Below are positions 43,481-55,400 of a stretch of 64,000 nucleotides of DNA, piece by piece. Source of the DNA: the human T2T-CHM13v2.0 reference genome, Homo sapiens; NCBI RefSeq assembly GCF_009914755.1, contig NC_060947.1; one strand, written 5' to 3'. Numbering within the stretch: position 1 is the stretch's first letter; the number at the start of each line of letters is the position of its first letter. Made by a program: the position numbers and the translations under genes. The notes beneath the pieces were generated by a model that was given only the letters and a program-made list of their open reading frames with translations, was not told the DNA's origin and searched no databases.

Positions 43481-45693
43481 AAAACAAGGAACAAGCTATC
43501 TGTGAATATATTTATGTTGTGTGGATTAATGGAATATGTGTTTTCATTCACCAGATTGGAAACACATTTTTGTAGATTCTATGAAGAAACATTTCTGAGC
43601 CCACTGAGGTCCATAAAAAAAATTGAATATCCCACAATAAAATCTAGAAATAAGCTATCTGTGAAAATGATTTGTGATGTGTGGATTTATCCCACAAAAT
43701 GGAATCTCTATTTTTATAAATCAGGTTGGAAACACTCACTTTGTAGAATCTACAAAGGGACATTTCTGAGCCCATTGTGGCTACCAAGGAAAATCAAATA
43801 TCCCATGTTAAAAAGTAGAAACAATCAGTCTGTGAAAATGCATTAAGATTTGTGGTTTTCTCTCACAGAATGGAACCTGTGTTTTTATTCACCAGGTTGG
43901 AAACACTCTTTTTGTAGAATATACAATGGGACATTCCTGATACTACTGAAACCTATAGTAAAACACCTAATAACCTGTGATAAAAACTGAAATCAAGCTA
44001 TACGTGAAAATGCTTCATGATTTGTGAAATCATGTCACAGAATGGAACCCGTGTTCTGATTCACCAGGTTGAAAACACTCTTTCCATGAAAGAACTAAGA
44101 GATATTTCTGAGACCATAGGGGCCTCTAAAAAAATCAAATAATCTGCGATGAAAACGAGAAACAAGCTATTTGTGAAAACGCTTTGTGATGTGTGGATTC
44201 ATCTCAAGGAAAGGAACCAGTTTTTTGATTAACAAGTTTGGAGACACTCTTTTTTTAGGATGTTTGAAGTGACATTTCTGAGCTCATTGAGGCCCACAAG
44301 AGTAAATCTAATATCGTGCTATAAAAACTAAAAGCAAGCTATCTATGAAAATGCTTTGTGATGTGTGGATTCATCTTATAGAATGGAGCCTGTGTTTCAA
44401 TTCACCAGGCTGGAAACACTCTTTTGGTAGAATCTATGAAGGGACATTTTGGAGCCCACTGAGGCCTATAGTTAAAAACTGAATAAACCGAGATAAAGAA
44501 AAATTTCAAAAAAAGATACGTGTAAAAATGCTTTAAGAAGTGTCAATTTATCTGACAGAATGGAACCAGTGTTTTGATTTATCAGGTTATAAACATTCTT
44601 GTTGTGTAGTCTACGAAGGGACATTTCTGAACCCTTGAAGCCTGTGGTAAAAAATAAAATATCCTGCAATAAAAAATAGAAGACAAGCTATTTATAAAAA
44701 TGCTTTGTGATGTGTGGCTCCATCTTAGAGAATGGAACCTGTGTTTTGATTCACGAGGTAGGAAACACTCTTTTTGTAGAAGCTAGGAAGGGACATTTCT
44801 GAGCCTATTGACACCTCTCTAATAGAAAATGAAATATCCTGTGATACAAACTAGAAAAATATATCTGTGAGAATGTTTTGTGATGTGTGGATTCATCTCA
44901 CAAAATGGAACTTGTGTTTTTATTCACCAGGTTGGAAACACTCTTGTGGTAGAACCTATGAAGGGTGATTTTCAGCCCAATGAGGCCAACAAGAAAAAAT
45001 TGAATATCTTGCTGTTAAACTATAAACACACTCTCTGTGAAAATGCTTTATAGTGTGTATTCATCTAACAAAATGGGTCTTTTGTGTTGATTCACCATGT
45101 TCACAACACTATTTTGTAGAATTTACAACAAGACAGATCAGAGCCCATGTAGTCAAAAAGGAAAATTGAATATCTCATGATAAATACTAGAAACAAGCAA
45201 TATGTGAAAATGCTTTGTGATGTGTGGTTTCATCTTACAAAATGAAACATGTGATTTGATTCACCAGGTTCCAAACAATCTTTTTCTAGACTCTATGAGG
45301 GGACAATTATGAGCCCATTTAAGCCTATAATAAAATATGAATATCCCATGATAAAAACTAGAAACTTCTATATGTGAGTACATTAAAGCCTACATTTAAA
45401 AAAAACCGAATATCCCATGCTAAAAACTAGAAAGAAGCTATATGTGAAAATGCCTTGTGATGTGTGGATTCATGTCACTAAGTTAAACCAGTGTTTTGAT
45501 TTACCAGGTTTTAAACACTCTTTTTGTAGAATCTACAGAGGGACATTTCTGAGCCAATTGAAGCCTATACTGAGAAACCAAATATCCCCCCAAAGAAACG
45601 TGAAATACCCCATGTGTGAAAATGCTTTGTGATATGTGGATTCACTTCATAAAATGAAACATGTGTTTTAGATTCACCAGGTTAGAAACACTC
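43481..45693 (+). repeat. Divergent monomeric alpha satellite, block 2 left part
   Basis: Same ~172-bp family and orientation as 1-12483. Resumes at AAAACAAGGAACAAGCTATCTGTG. Confidence 0.95.
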
Positions 45694-45878
45694 TAGTGGG
45701 TGAAATTCACCCCCCGATATTTCCCGTAGGTTCTTTTCTATTTTCCTTAAGTGTCAGCCAGTCTGAGAAATAAAAGGAAAGAGTACAAAAGAGAGAAATT
45801 TTAAAGCAGGGTGTCTGGGGGAGACATCACACATTGGCGGGTTCCGTGATGTCCCCTGAGCCATAAAATCAGCAAGTT

Positions 45879-45884
45879 TTTATT
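45879..45884 (-). promoter_or_regulatory. Putative LTR polyadenylation signal AATAAA
   Basis: The minus strand reads CACTAATAAAAACTTGCTG about 185 nt before the LTR 3' end, the expected R/U5 position. Activity is not shown. Confidence 0.5.
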
Positions 45885-46552
45885 AGTGATTTTCAAAGGG
45901 GAGGTGGTGTATGAAAAGTATGTGGGTCACAGAGATCACATGCTTCACAAGCTAATAAGATATTGCAAGGTAAATGGAGGCAGGGAGAGATCACAGGACC
46001 ACAGGACAGGGGCAAAATTAAAATTGCTAATGAAGTTTTGGGCACTCATTATCATTGATAACATCTTATCAGGAGACAAGGTTTGAGAGCAGACAACCGG
46101 CCTGACAAAAATTTATTAGGTGGGAATTTCCTCGTCCTAATAAACCTGGGAGCACTACGGGAGACCAGGACTTATTTCATCCCACTGCTGTGACCGTAAA
46201 AGACAGCTGCCCCCAAAGCAGCCATTTTAGAGGCCTCCCCTCAGGGACACATTCTCTTTCTCGGGGATGTTCCTTGCTGAGAAAAAGAACTCAGCAATAT
46301 TTCTCCTATTTGCTTTTGAAAGAAGAGAAATATGGCTCTGTTCTTCCCGGCTCACCGGCAGAGTTTAAGGTTATCTCTCTTGTTCCCTGAACATTGCTGT
46401 TATCCTGTTCTCTTTTCAAGGTGCCCAGATTTCATATTGTTCAAACACACACGCTCTACAAAAAATTTGTGCAGGTAACGCAATCATCACAGGGTCCTGA
46501 GGTGACATACATCCTCCTCACCTTACAAAGATGACAAGATTAAGAGATTAAA

Positions 46553-46722
46553 GTAAAGACAGGCATAGGAAATCACAAGGGTATTGACTGGGGAAGTGAT
46601 AAGTGTCCATGAAATCTTCACAATTTATGTTCAGAGATTGCAGTAAAGACAGGCATAAGAAATTATAAAAGTATTAATTTGGGAACTGACAAATGTTCAT
46701 GAAATCATCACAATTTATGTTC
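46553..46722 (-). repeat. Internal ~90-bp tandem duplication in the MER11 U3 region
   Basis: GTAAAGACAGGCATA...CATGAAATC..CACAATTTATGTTC occurs twice, starting at 46553 and 46643. Confidence 0.8.
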
Positions 46723-46778
46723 TTCTGCCATGGCTTCAGCAGGTCCCTCCTTTCGGGAGTTCCTGACTTCCTGGAACA

Positions 46779-49472
46779 ATACTTTTCCTGTGGAATCTGG
46801 AAAGGGAAATTTCTGAGCCCACTGAAGCCTATAGTGAATAACCAAATATCCCATGATAAAAACTAGAAATAAGTTATATGTGAAAATGCTTCATGATTTA
46901 TAGATTCATTTCACAGAGATAAACTACTGTTTTTATTCACCAGGTTGAAAACCCTCTTTCTGTAGGATCTATGAAGGGACATTTCTGAGCTTGTTGAAAC
47001 TGATAGTGAAAAACTGAAACAGATAGTGAAAAACTGAAACAAGCTATCTGTGAAAATGCTTTGTGTTGTGTGGATTCATCTCACAAAATGGACTTTTATT
47101 TTGATTTACCAGGTTGAAAACTGTCTTTTTGTAGTATCTATGAAAAGACATTTCTGATCCCATCAAGGCCTATAGTTAAAAACAGAATATCCCAACTAAA
47201 ACCTAGAAAATAGCAGTGTCTGAAAATGATTTGTGATCTATCAATTCATCTGACTATAACGGAACATGTGTTTTTATTCCCCAGGTTGGAATCATCCTTT
47301 TTGTAGGACCTACGAAGGGATATTTCTGAGCCCATTGAAGCCTATACTGAAAAACCGGACATCTTGTGATAAAAAGTAGAAACAAGGTATGTGTGAAAGG
47401 GCTTTTTGATATGTGAATTCATCTTACAGAGTTAAAACTCGGTTTTGATTTACTAGTTATTAAACACTGTTTTTGTATTACCTACAAAGGGACTTTTCTG
47501 ACCCCAGTGAAGCCTACAGTGAAAAACTGAATGTCCCATGATAAAAACCTGAAAGAATCTATGTGTGAAAATGTTTTGTGATATGTCGATTCTCTCACAG
47601 AGTTAAACCTGTGTTTTCATTCAGCAGGTTGGAAACTATTTGTAGAATCTATGAGGTGACATTTCAGAGCCCATTGAATTTTATAGTGAAAAACCTAATA
47701 TCCCATGATAAAACCTAATATCCCGTGATAAAACATAGAAACATGGTATACGTGAAAATGCTTTGTGATGTGTGGCTTCATCTCACATGGTTAAGCGTGT
47801 GTTTTGGTTCACCAGATTGGAGATCCTCTCTTTGTAGAATCTACAAAGGGACATTTCTGAGCCTATTGAAGCTTTACTCAAAAATCAAATATCCCACAAT
47901 AAAACTTGGAAGCAAGCTATATTTGAAAATGTTTTGTGATGTGTGAATGCATCTCACAGAAAGAAACCTGTATTTTGTATCACCAGGTTGGAAACAGTCT
48001 TGTTGTAGAATCAGCGAAGGGACATTTCTGAGCCGATTGGTGCTCATAAGATAAAATAGAATATCCAATGAGAAAAACTAGAAACAAACTGTCTGTGAAA
48101 ATACCTCGTGATGTGCGGATTTATCTCACAAAATTGAACCTCTGTTTTTATCCACCAGGTTGCAAACCTTTTTTTTTTTTTTTTTGTAGAAAATGTGAAG
48201 GGATATTTCTGAGCCCTTTGAAGCCTATGATGAAAAACTCAATATCCTTATGTAAAAACTAGAAACAAGCAATATGTGAGAATGCTTTGTGATGTGTTGA
48301 TACATCTAACAGGGATAATATTCTATTTTAATTCACCAGGTTGGAAACACTATTTTTGTAGAATCTATGAGTGGACATTTCTGTGCTTATTGAAGCCTAC
48401 AGTAAAACATCAAATATCCTGTGATGAAAACTAAAAAAAAAAGCTATCGGTGAAAATGCGTTTTGATGTGTGGATTCGTTTCACAGAGTTAAAAACGTAT
48501 TTTGGTTCACCATGTTGTAAATACACTTTTTGTAGAATGTACAAAAAAAAAAAATTCTGAGCCATTTGAAGCCTGCATTAAAAAACTGAATATCCCACAA
48601 TAAAATCTAGGAAAAAGCTATGTATGAAAATGTTTTGAGATGTGTCGATTTATGTTCCAGAATTTAAAAATTGTTTTCATTCACCACGTTGGAAACATTC
48701 TTTATATAGAATCTACGAAGGGACATTTCTGAGTTTATTGAAGCCTATTGTGAAAAACCAGATATTCCACAATAAAAAGTACAAAGAAGCATTCCATGAA
48801 AATGCTTTGTGATATGTGGATTCATCTCACATAATGGAACCTGTGTTTTGTTCCACCTGGTTGAAAACACTCTTTGTAAAATCTACGAGAGGACATTTCT
48901 GAGCCCATAGAAGCTGATAGTGAAAAACCTAATAGTCCTCAATAAAAACTAGAAACAAGCTGTCTGTAAAAGTTTTTTGGGGTGTGTGGATTCATCTCAC
49001 GGATTTAAACCTGTGTTTTGATTCACTAGGCTGGAAACACTCTTTTTAGAATGTATAAGGGACATTTCTGAGCCCACTGAAGGTTATAGTGAAAAACAGA
49101 ATATCCCATGATAATAACGAGTAACAAGCTACATGTGAAAAACCTTTGTGATGTGTGGAATCCTCTCACAAAATGGAACCTGTGTTTTGATTCACTAGGA
49201 GGGACAAACTCTTTTTGTAATATAACTCATGGGCCATTTCTAAGTCCATTGAAGTCTATAGTGTAAAGTGGAATATCTTGCGATAAAATCTAGAAAGAAG
49301 CTATCTATGAAAACTTTTGTGATGTGTGGATTCATCTCTCAGAGTGGAACTTTAGTTTTGTTTCATCAGGTTGGAATCCCTCTTTTTCTAGAATCTACAA
49401 AAGGACATGTCTGAGCCCATTGAGGCGTATAATAATACGCCATGATAACAACTAGAAACAAGCTACCTGTGA
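46779..49472 (+). repeat. Divergent monomeric alpha satellite, block 2 right part
   Basis: Same family. Ends at ACTAGAAACAAGCTACCTGTGA, which merges into HSAT4. Confidence 0.95.
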
Positions 49473-52400
49473 CCTCAGACATTAAGGAGAGACTCCTGGC
49501 CAACCCCCGGCATTCTAATAATGGAGAATCCTGGCTAATCCCATCCATCCTAATGATAGAGAAACCTGTGCAACTTTGGGCATTCTAATCATAGAAACAC
49601 CTCAGTGACCTCAGGCAATCTGAGGATAGAGACACCTGCTGGAGCCCAGGCATTCTAACAAGAGAGACTCATGGGAGACCCCAAACAATCTAATGGGAGA
49701 GACCCCTGGCTGATCCCAGGCATTCTAATGATAAAGACACCTGAGTGAGCTCAGGCCTTCTAAGGATGGAGACAGCTGGCTGATCCAAGGCATTCTAACA
49801 AGAGAGACCCCTGGCCAACACCAGGCTTTCTATTTATAGAGACTCTAGGTCTACCCCAGGTATTCCAATAATAGAAACATCTGTGCAACCTTAGGCATTC
49901 TGAAAATAGAGAGAGCTGGCTGACACAAGGCATTTTAAGAGACATACTCCTGGCAGTCTCCAGGTATTCTAATGATAGAGACTCCTGGCTTACCCCATTT
50001 CTTCTAATTATAGGAACACCTAACCAATGCCAGGAATTCTAATGGAAGGGAATCCTGGCCAGCCCCAGGCTTCCTAATGATAGAGACTCCTGTCCTACCC
50101 CAGGCATTCTAATGAAAGAACCTGGGAGAACTTAGGCATTCTAAGAATAGTGACAACTGGCCTGACCCCTGGCATTGTAATGGGACAGACACCTAGTCAA
50201 ACACAGGCATTCGAGTGATAGAGTTTTCCAGCCTACCGGAGTCAATCTAATGACAGAGATTCCTGTGGGACCACACACATTCTAAGAATAGAGACACCTG
50301 GCCAACCCCAGGCATTCAAACTGGAAATGCTTATGGACATCCACACGCATTCCAATGATAGAGAAACATAGGTGACATGAGGCTTTCTAAGGATAAAGAC
50401 ACCTGGCCAACCCCAGGCGTTGTAAGGGGAGAGACTCCTTGCCAACCCCAGGCTTTCTACTGATAGAGACTCCTGGCTCACCCTAGGTATTCTAATAATA
50501 GAGACACCTGTGGGACCTCAAGAATCCTAAGGATATATACACCTTGTTGACCCCAGGCATTCTAATTATAGTGACTTCTGGACAACCCAAGGCAATCTAA
50601 AGATAAAGGCTCCTGGCCTATCCCAGGCATTCTAATGACAGAGACCCCTGTGGGATCTCAGTCATTCTAAAGATTGAGACACATGGGCAACCCCAGGCAT
50701 TGTAACAGAACTCCTTGCTGACCACAGGCATTCTAATGATAAAGAAACCTGTGTGAAATCAGGCATTCTAACAATAGAGAGACTTGGCCAACTCCAGGCA
50801 TTCTAAATGGAGAGACTTTTGACCAACCCCGGGCATTCTAATCATAGAGACACCTGGGTGACATCAAACACTCTAAGGATAGAGACACGGCCTACCCCAC
50901 ATATTCTAATGAGAGAGAGTGGTGGCCAACTGGGACATTCTAATTATAGAGGCTACTGACCTAGCCCAGGAATAGTAATGATAGAGACACCTGTGTTACC
51001 TAAGGCATTCTACAAATAAAAATACCTGGCTTACCCCAGGCATTCTAATGGGAGGGACTCCTGGCCAACCTCAGGTATTCTAATGGAAGAGACCCCTGGC
51101 CAAACCTAGGCAATCTAATGGTAGAGATTCCTGGCTCACCCCAGGCATTCTAATGATACAGACACCTGAGGGACTTCAGGCAATTAAAGGATAGACACCC
51201 CTGGCCACCCCAGGCATTCTAATGATAGAGGCAGCTGGGAGACCTCAGACATTAAAATGTTAGAGACAACTGTGCTGTCTCAGTCATTCTAATGATTGAG
51301 AGAGCTGTCTGGCCCCAGGCATTCTAATGGGAGGGACTCCCAGTTGACCCCAGGAATTCTACTGATAAAGACTCCTGGTCTACCTGTGGCTTTCTATTGA
51401 TAGAGACCCCTGTGTGACCTCAGGCAATCTAACAAAAATACTCCTGGTGAACCCCATGCATTCTAATAACAGAGACACCTGGGCGACATAAGGCATTCAA
51501 AGGATAGAGACACCTGACCCACCCCAGGCATTCCAATGATAGAGACTCCTGGCTGACCCAAGGAATTCTAATGATTGAGACTCCTGGCCTATCTAAGGCA
51601 TTCTAAGGATAGAGACAGAGGTGCGACCTCAGGAATTCTAAGGATAGAGACACTTGCATTACCCAGGCTTTCTAATGAAAGAGACTGCTTTCTGACCCCA
51701 GGCATTCTAATAATGGAGACACCAGAACGAGCTCATCATTCAAAGGATAGAAACACCTGTACAACCCCAAGAATTCTAACAGGAGAGACTTGTGGCCGAC
51801 TTCAGGCATTCTAATGATAGAGACTCCTGGCCTAGCCCAGACATTCTAATAATAAAAACACCAGTGTGACCTCAGACATTTTTAAGAGGAAGAAACTTGG
51901 CCAACCCCATGCATTCTAACCGGAGAGACTTCAGGCTGAAACCAGGTATTCTAATGATAGAAACTCATGGCTGAGCCATGGCATTCTGATGATGGAGGCT
52001 ACTGTGAAACCTCAGGAACTCTAAGGATAGAGAAAGCTCTTTTGCCCCAGGCATTCTAATGGGAGAGACTACTGGCCAAACCCAGTCACTATAGTGATAG
52101 AGATGCTTGGCCTAACCCAGACATTCTAATGGTAGAGACACCTATGCGACCTCAGGCATTCTAAGGATAGAGATCCCTGGCCGACCCCAGGCATTCAAAT
52201 GAAAGATTCTCCCTGCTGACCCCAGGCATTCTAACAGGAGAGACTCCTGGCCTATCCCAGGCATTCTAATTTTACAGACACCTCTGAGACCTCAGGCATT
52301 CTAGGAATAGAGACACTTCACTGACCTCAGTCATCCTAACAAGAGAGACTCCTGGGTGAAACATGGCATTAAATGATAGAGACACCTGGGAGACTGCAGA

Positions 52401-55400
52401 CAATCTAAAAATAGAGACACGTGGCTGAACTGAGGAATTCTAACAAGAGAGAATTTTGGCGGACCCCTTGGGATTCTAACAGGAGAGGGTCCTGGCCAAA
52501 CCCAGGATGTCTAATAATAGAGATCCCTTGCTGACCCCAAGCATTCTAATGATAGAGATACCAGGGCGACCTCAGGCATTCTAAGGATAGAGACAAGTGG
52601 CCGACACAAGGCATTCTAATGAGACTCCTGGTTGACCCTAGGCATTCTAATAAGAGAGACTCCTGGCCTACCCCAGGCATTCTAATGTTAGAGAAACATC
52701 TGAAACCTCAGGCATTTTGAAAGTAGTGACACCTGGTGAGCCCCCAGCATTCTAAGGATGGAGACACCTGGCCTAAACCAGAAATTTAAACAGGAGAGAC
52801 TCCTGGACGACCCCAGACATTCTAATGTAGACACCTGGCTTACCCCAGGTATAGTAATGATGGACACATCTGTGTGACCTGAGGCATTCTAAAAATAGAA
52901 ACACTTGGCTGACCCCAGGTATTCTAAAGGGAGAGACTCCTGCCCAACAATAGGCATTCTAACAGGACAGACTACTAGCCGACCCTAGGCATTCTAATCA
53001 TAGAGATTTCTGGCTGATTCAGGAATTCTAATGATAGAGACACCTGGGGGACCTCAGGCATTCTAAGGATAGAGACAACTGGTTGACCCCAGGCATTCTA
53101 AAGGGAGAGAATCCTGGCAGACCCTTGGCATTCTAAAAGTAGATACAACTTGGTGACCTTCTAAAGATAGAGACGCATGGCCGAACCAAGGCATTCCAAT
53201 GGAAAAAAAATTTGCAGACCCTCAGCATTCTAACAGGAGAAAGTTCTGGCAAAGCCTAGGCATTATAATGACAAAGACTCCTGGCCTACCTCAAAAGTTC
53301 CAAGGATAGAGACACCTGTGATACCTCAGGCATTCTAAGGATAAAGACACCTGGCTGATTCCAGGCATTCGAACGGGAGCAACTCCTGGCCGAACCCAGT
53401 CATTCTAACCAGAGAGACTCCTGGCCAAACCTAAGCATTGTAACGATGAAGACAAATATGTGACCTCAGGCATTCCAAGGATAGGGACATCTGGCCAACT
53501 GAGGCATTCTAACGGAAAGACTCCTGGCCAAACCTTGATTCTGTAAGAGAAGAGATTCCTGGTGGACTCCTGACCAATCCCTGTCTTTCTAAGTATAAAG
53601 ACACTTGTGCAACCTCATGCATTCTAAGTTTAGAAATACCTGGCTGACCCATGGCATTCTAACGGTAGAGATTCCTGGTCAACCAGAGGCATTCTCATGA
53701 TAGAGACTCCTGGCTGACCCCTGGCATTCTAATGATAAAGACACCTGGGCGACCACAGGCATTCTAAAAATAGAGCCAGTTGACTTACCCCAGGAATTCT
53801 AATGGGAGATACTCCTGGCCGATTCTAGAAATTCTAATGATAGAAACTCCTGGCATACACCAGGCTTTCTAATGTTAGAGACACCTCTGCGACCTCAGGC
53901 ATTTTAAGGATAGAGATACCTGGCCGACCCCAACCATTCTAATGGAAGAGACTCCTGGCTGACTCCAGGCATTCTAGTGGGAGATACTCCAGGCCTATCC
54001 CAGGAATTCTAAAGTTAGAGACACCTCTGAGATCTCAGGCATTCTAAGTAAAGAGACACCTTGCAATTCCAAGTCATCCTAATGGGAGACTCCTGGCAGA
54101 CCCACACATTTTAATGGGAGAGACTCCTGGCCGAACACATGCATTCTAATGATAAAGACACCTGGGCGACCTCAGGCATTCTAAGGATAGAGACATCTGG
54201 CCGACCCAAGGCAATCTAATGTGAGAGACTTCTGCTGGACACCAGGCTTTCTAATGATAGAAACTCCAGGCCTCCCCCAGGCATTCTAATGAAAGAGACA
54301 CCTGTGTAATCTCAGGTATTCTAAGGATAAAGAATCCTGGTTGACCCCAGACATTCTAATGATGGAGACTCCTGGCCTACTGCGTTCATTCTAATGATAC
54401 AGTAACCTGTGCAACCTCAGTCATTTTAAGGATAGAGACACCTGGACGACCTCAGGCATTCTAATGGAAAAGACTCCAGTTTGACCCCAAGCTCTCTAAT
54501 GATAGAAACTCTTGAATGAAGCCAGGCATCATAATAATAGAGACACGTGGGCGACCATAGGCATTCTAATGATAGAGACACCTGTGTGACCTCCTGCATT
54601 CTAAGAATAGAGATACATCGCTGACCTTAAGCATTCTAATGAAAACATTCCTGGCCATCCCCGCTCGTTGTAATGAGAGAGATTCCTGGGCAGCATCAGG
54701 CATTCTAAAAATACTGACATCTGGCCTATGCCAGGAATTCTAATGAGAGAGATTCCTGGCCGACCAGAGGCATTGTAATGATAGAGACTCCTGGCCTACT
54801 TCAGGAATAATAATTATAAAGACGCCTGTGTGACCTCAGGCATTTTTAAGTACAGAAAACCTGGACTACCCCAGGCATTCTAATGGGAGAGAATCCGGGC
54901 TGACCCCAGACATTCTAACAAAAGAAACTGTCGGCCAAATCCAGGCATTCTAAGGATAGAGACACGTGGAAAACATCAGTCATTTAAGGATAAAGACGCC
55001 TGGCTGACCTAAGGCATTCTAACGGGAGAGAGTACTGGCCAACCCAAAGCATTTTAATGATAGAGACCCCTGGCCGCCAAAGGCATCCTAACGATAGAGA
55101 CAGCTGGGCGACATCAGGCATTCTAAGGACAGGGACACCTGGCCAACCCCAGGCATTCTAACTGGAGAGACTCCTGGCCGACTCCAGGCATTCTAATGGG
55201 AGAGGTTCCTGGCAGACCCCAGGCATTTTAAGTATAGACACCTCTGGCCATCCAAAGGCATTTTAATGATACAGAACATGGCTGACCTCATGTATTCTAA
55301 GAATAAAGACACCAGGGCGAGTCCAGGCATTTCAACGGAAGATACTCCTGGCTGACCAAAGGCATTCTAATGATACAGACACCTGTGTGACCTCAGTCTT

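Larger units (their letters stand above)
45694..46778 (-). mobile_element. Solo LTR MER11 (HERV-K11/HML-8), 1085 bp; subfamily probably MER11C but unconfirmed
   Basis: The minus strand starts TGTTCCAGGAAGTCAGGAACTCCCGAAAGGAGGGACCTGCTGAAGCCATGGCAGAAGAACATAAATTGTG (recognised MER11 5' end) and ends GAAAAGAACCTACGGGAAATATCGGGGGGTGAATTTCACCCACTA. A degenerate 6-bp TSD is present: ACACTC (45688-45693) / ATACTT (46779-46784). The alpha monomer continues in register across it. Confidence 0.9.

Noticed and set aside
43406-43846. Longest ORF (146 aa) spanning the HSAT4/alpha junction
   Set aside because: It has a non-ATG start (TTG) and is a chance read-through of two satellites.
45886-46390. ORFs inside the LTR as possible retroviral genes
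   Set aside because: They are antisense to the LTR with no gag/pol/env motifs. The element is a solo LTR with no internal region.
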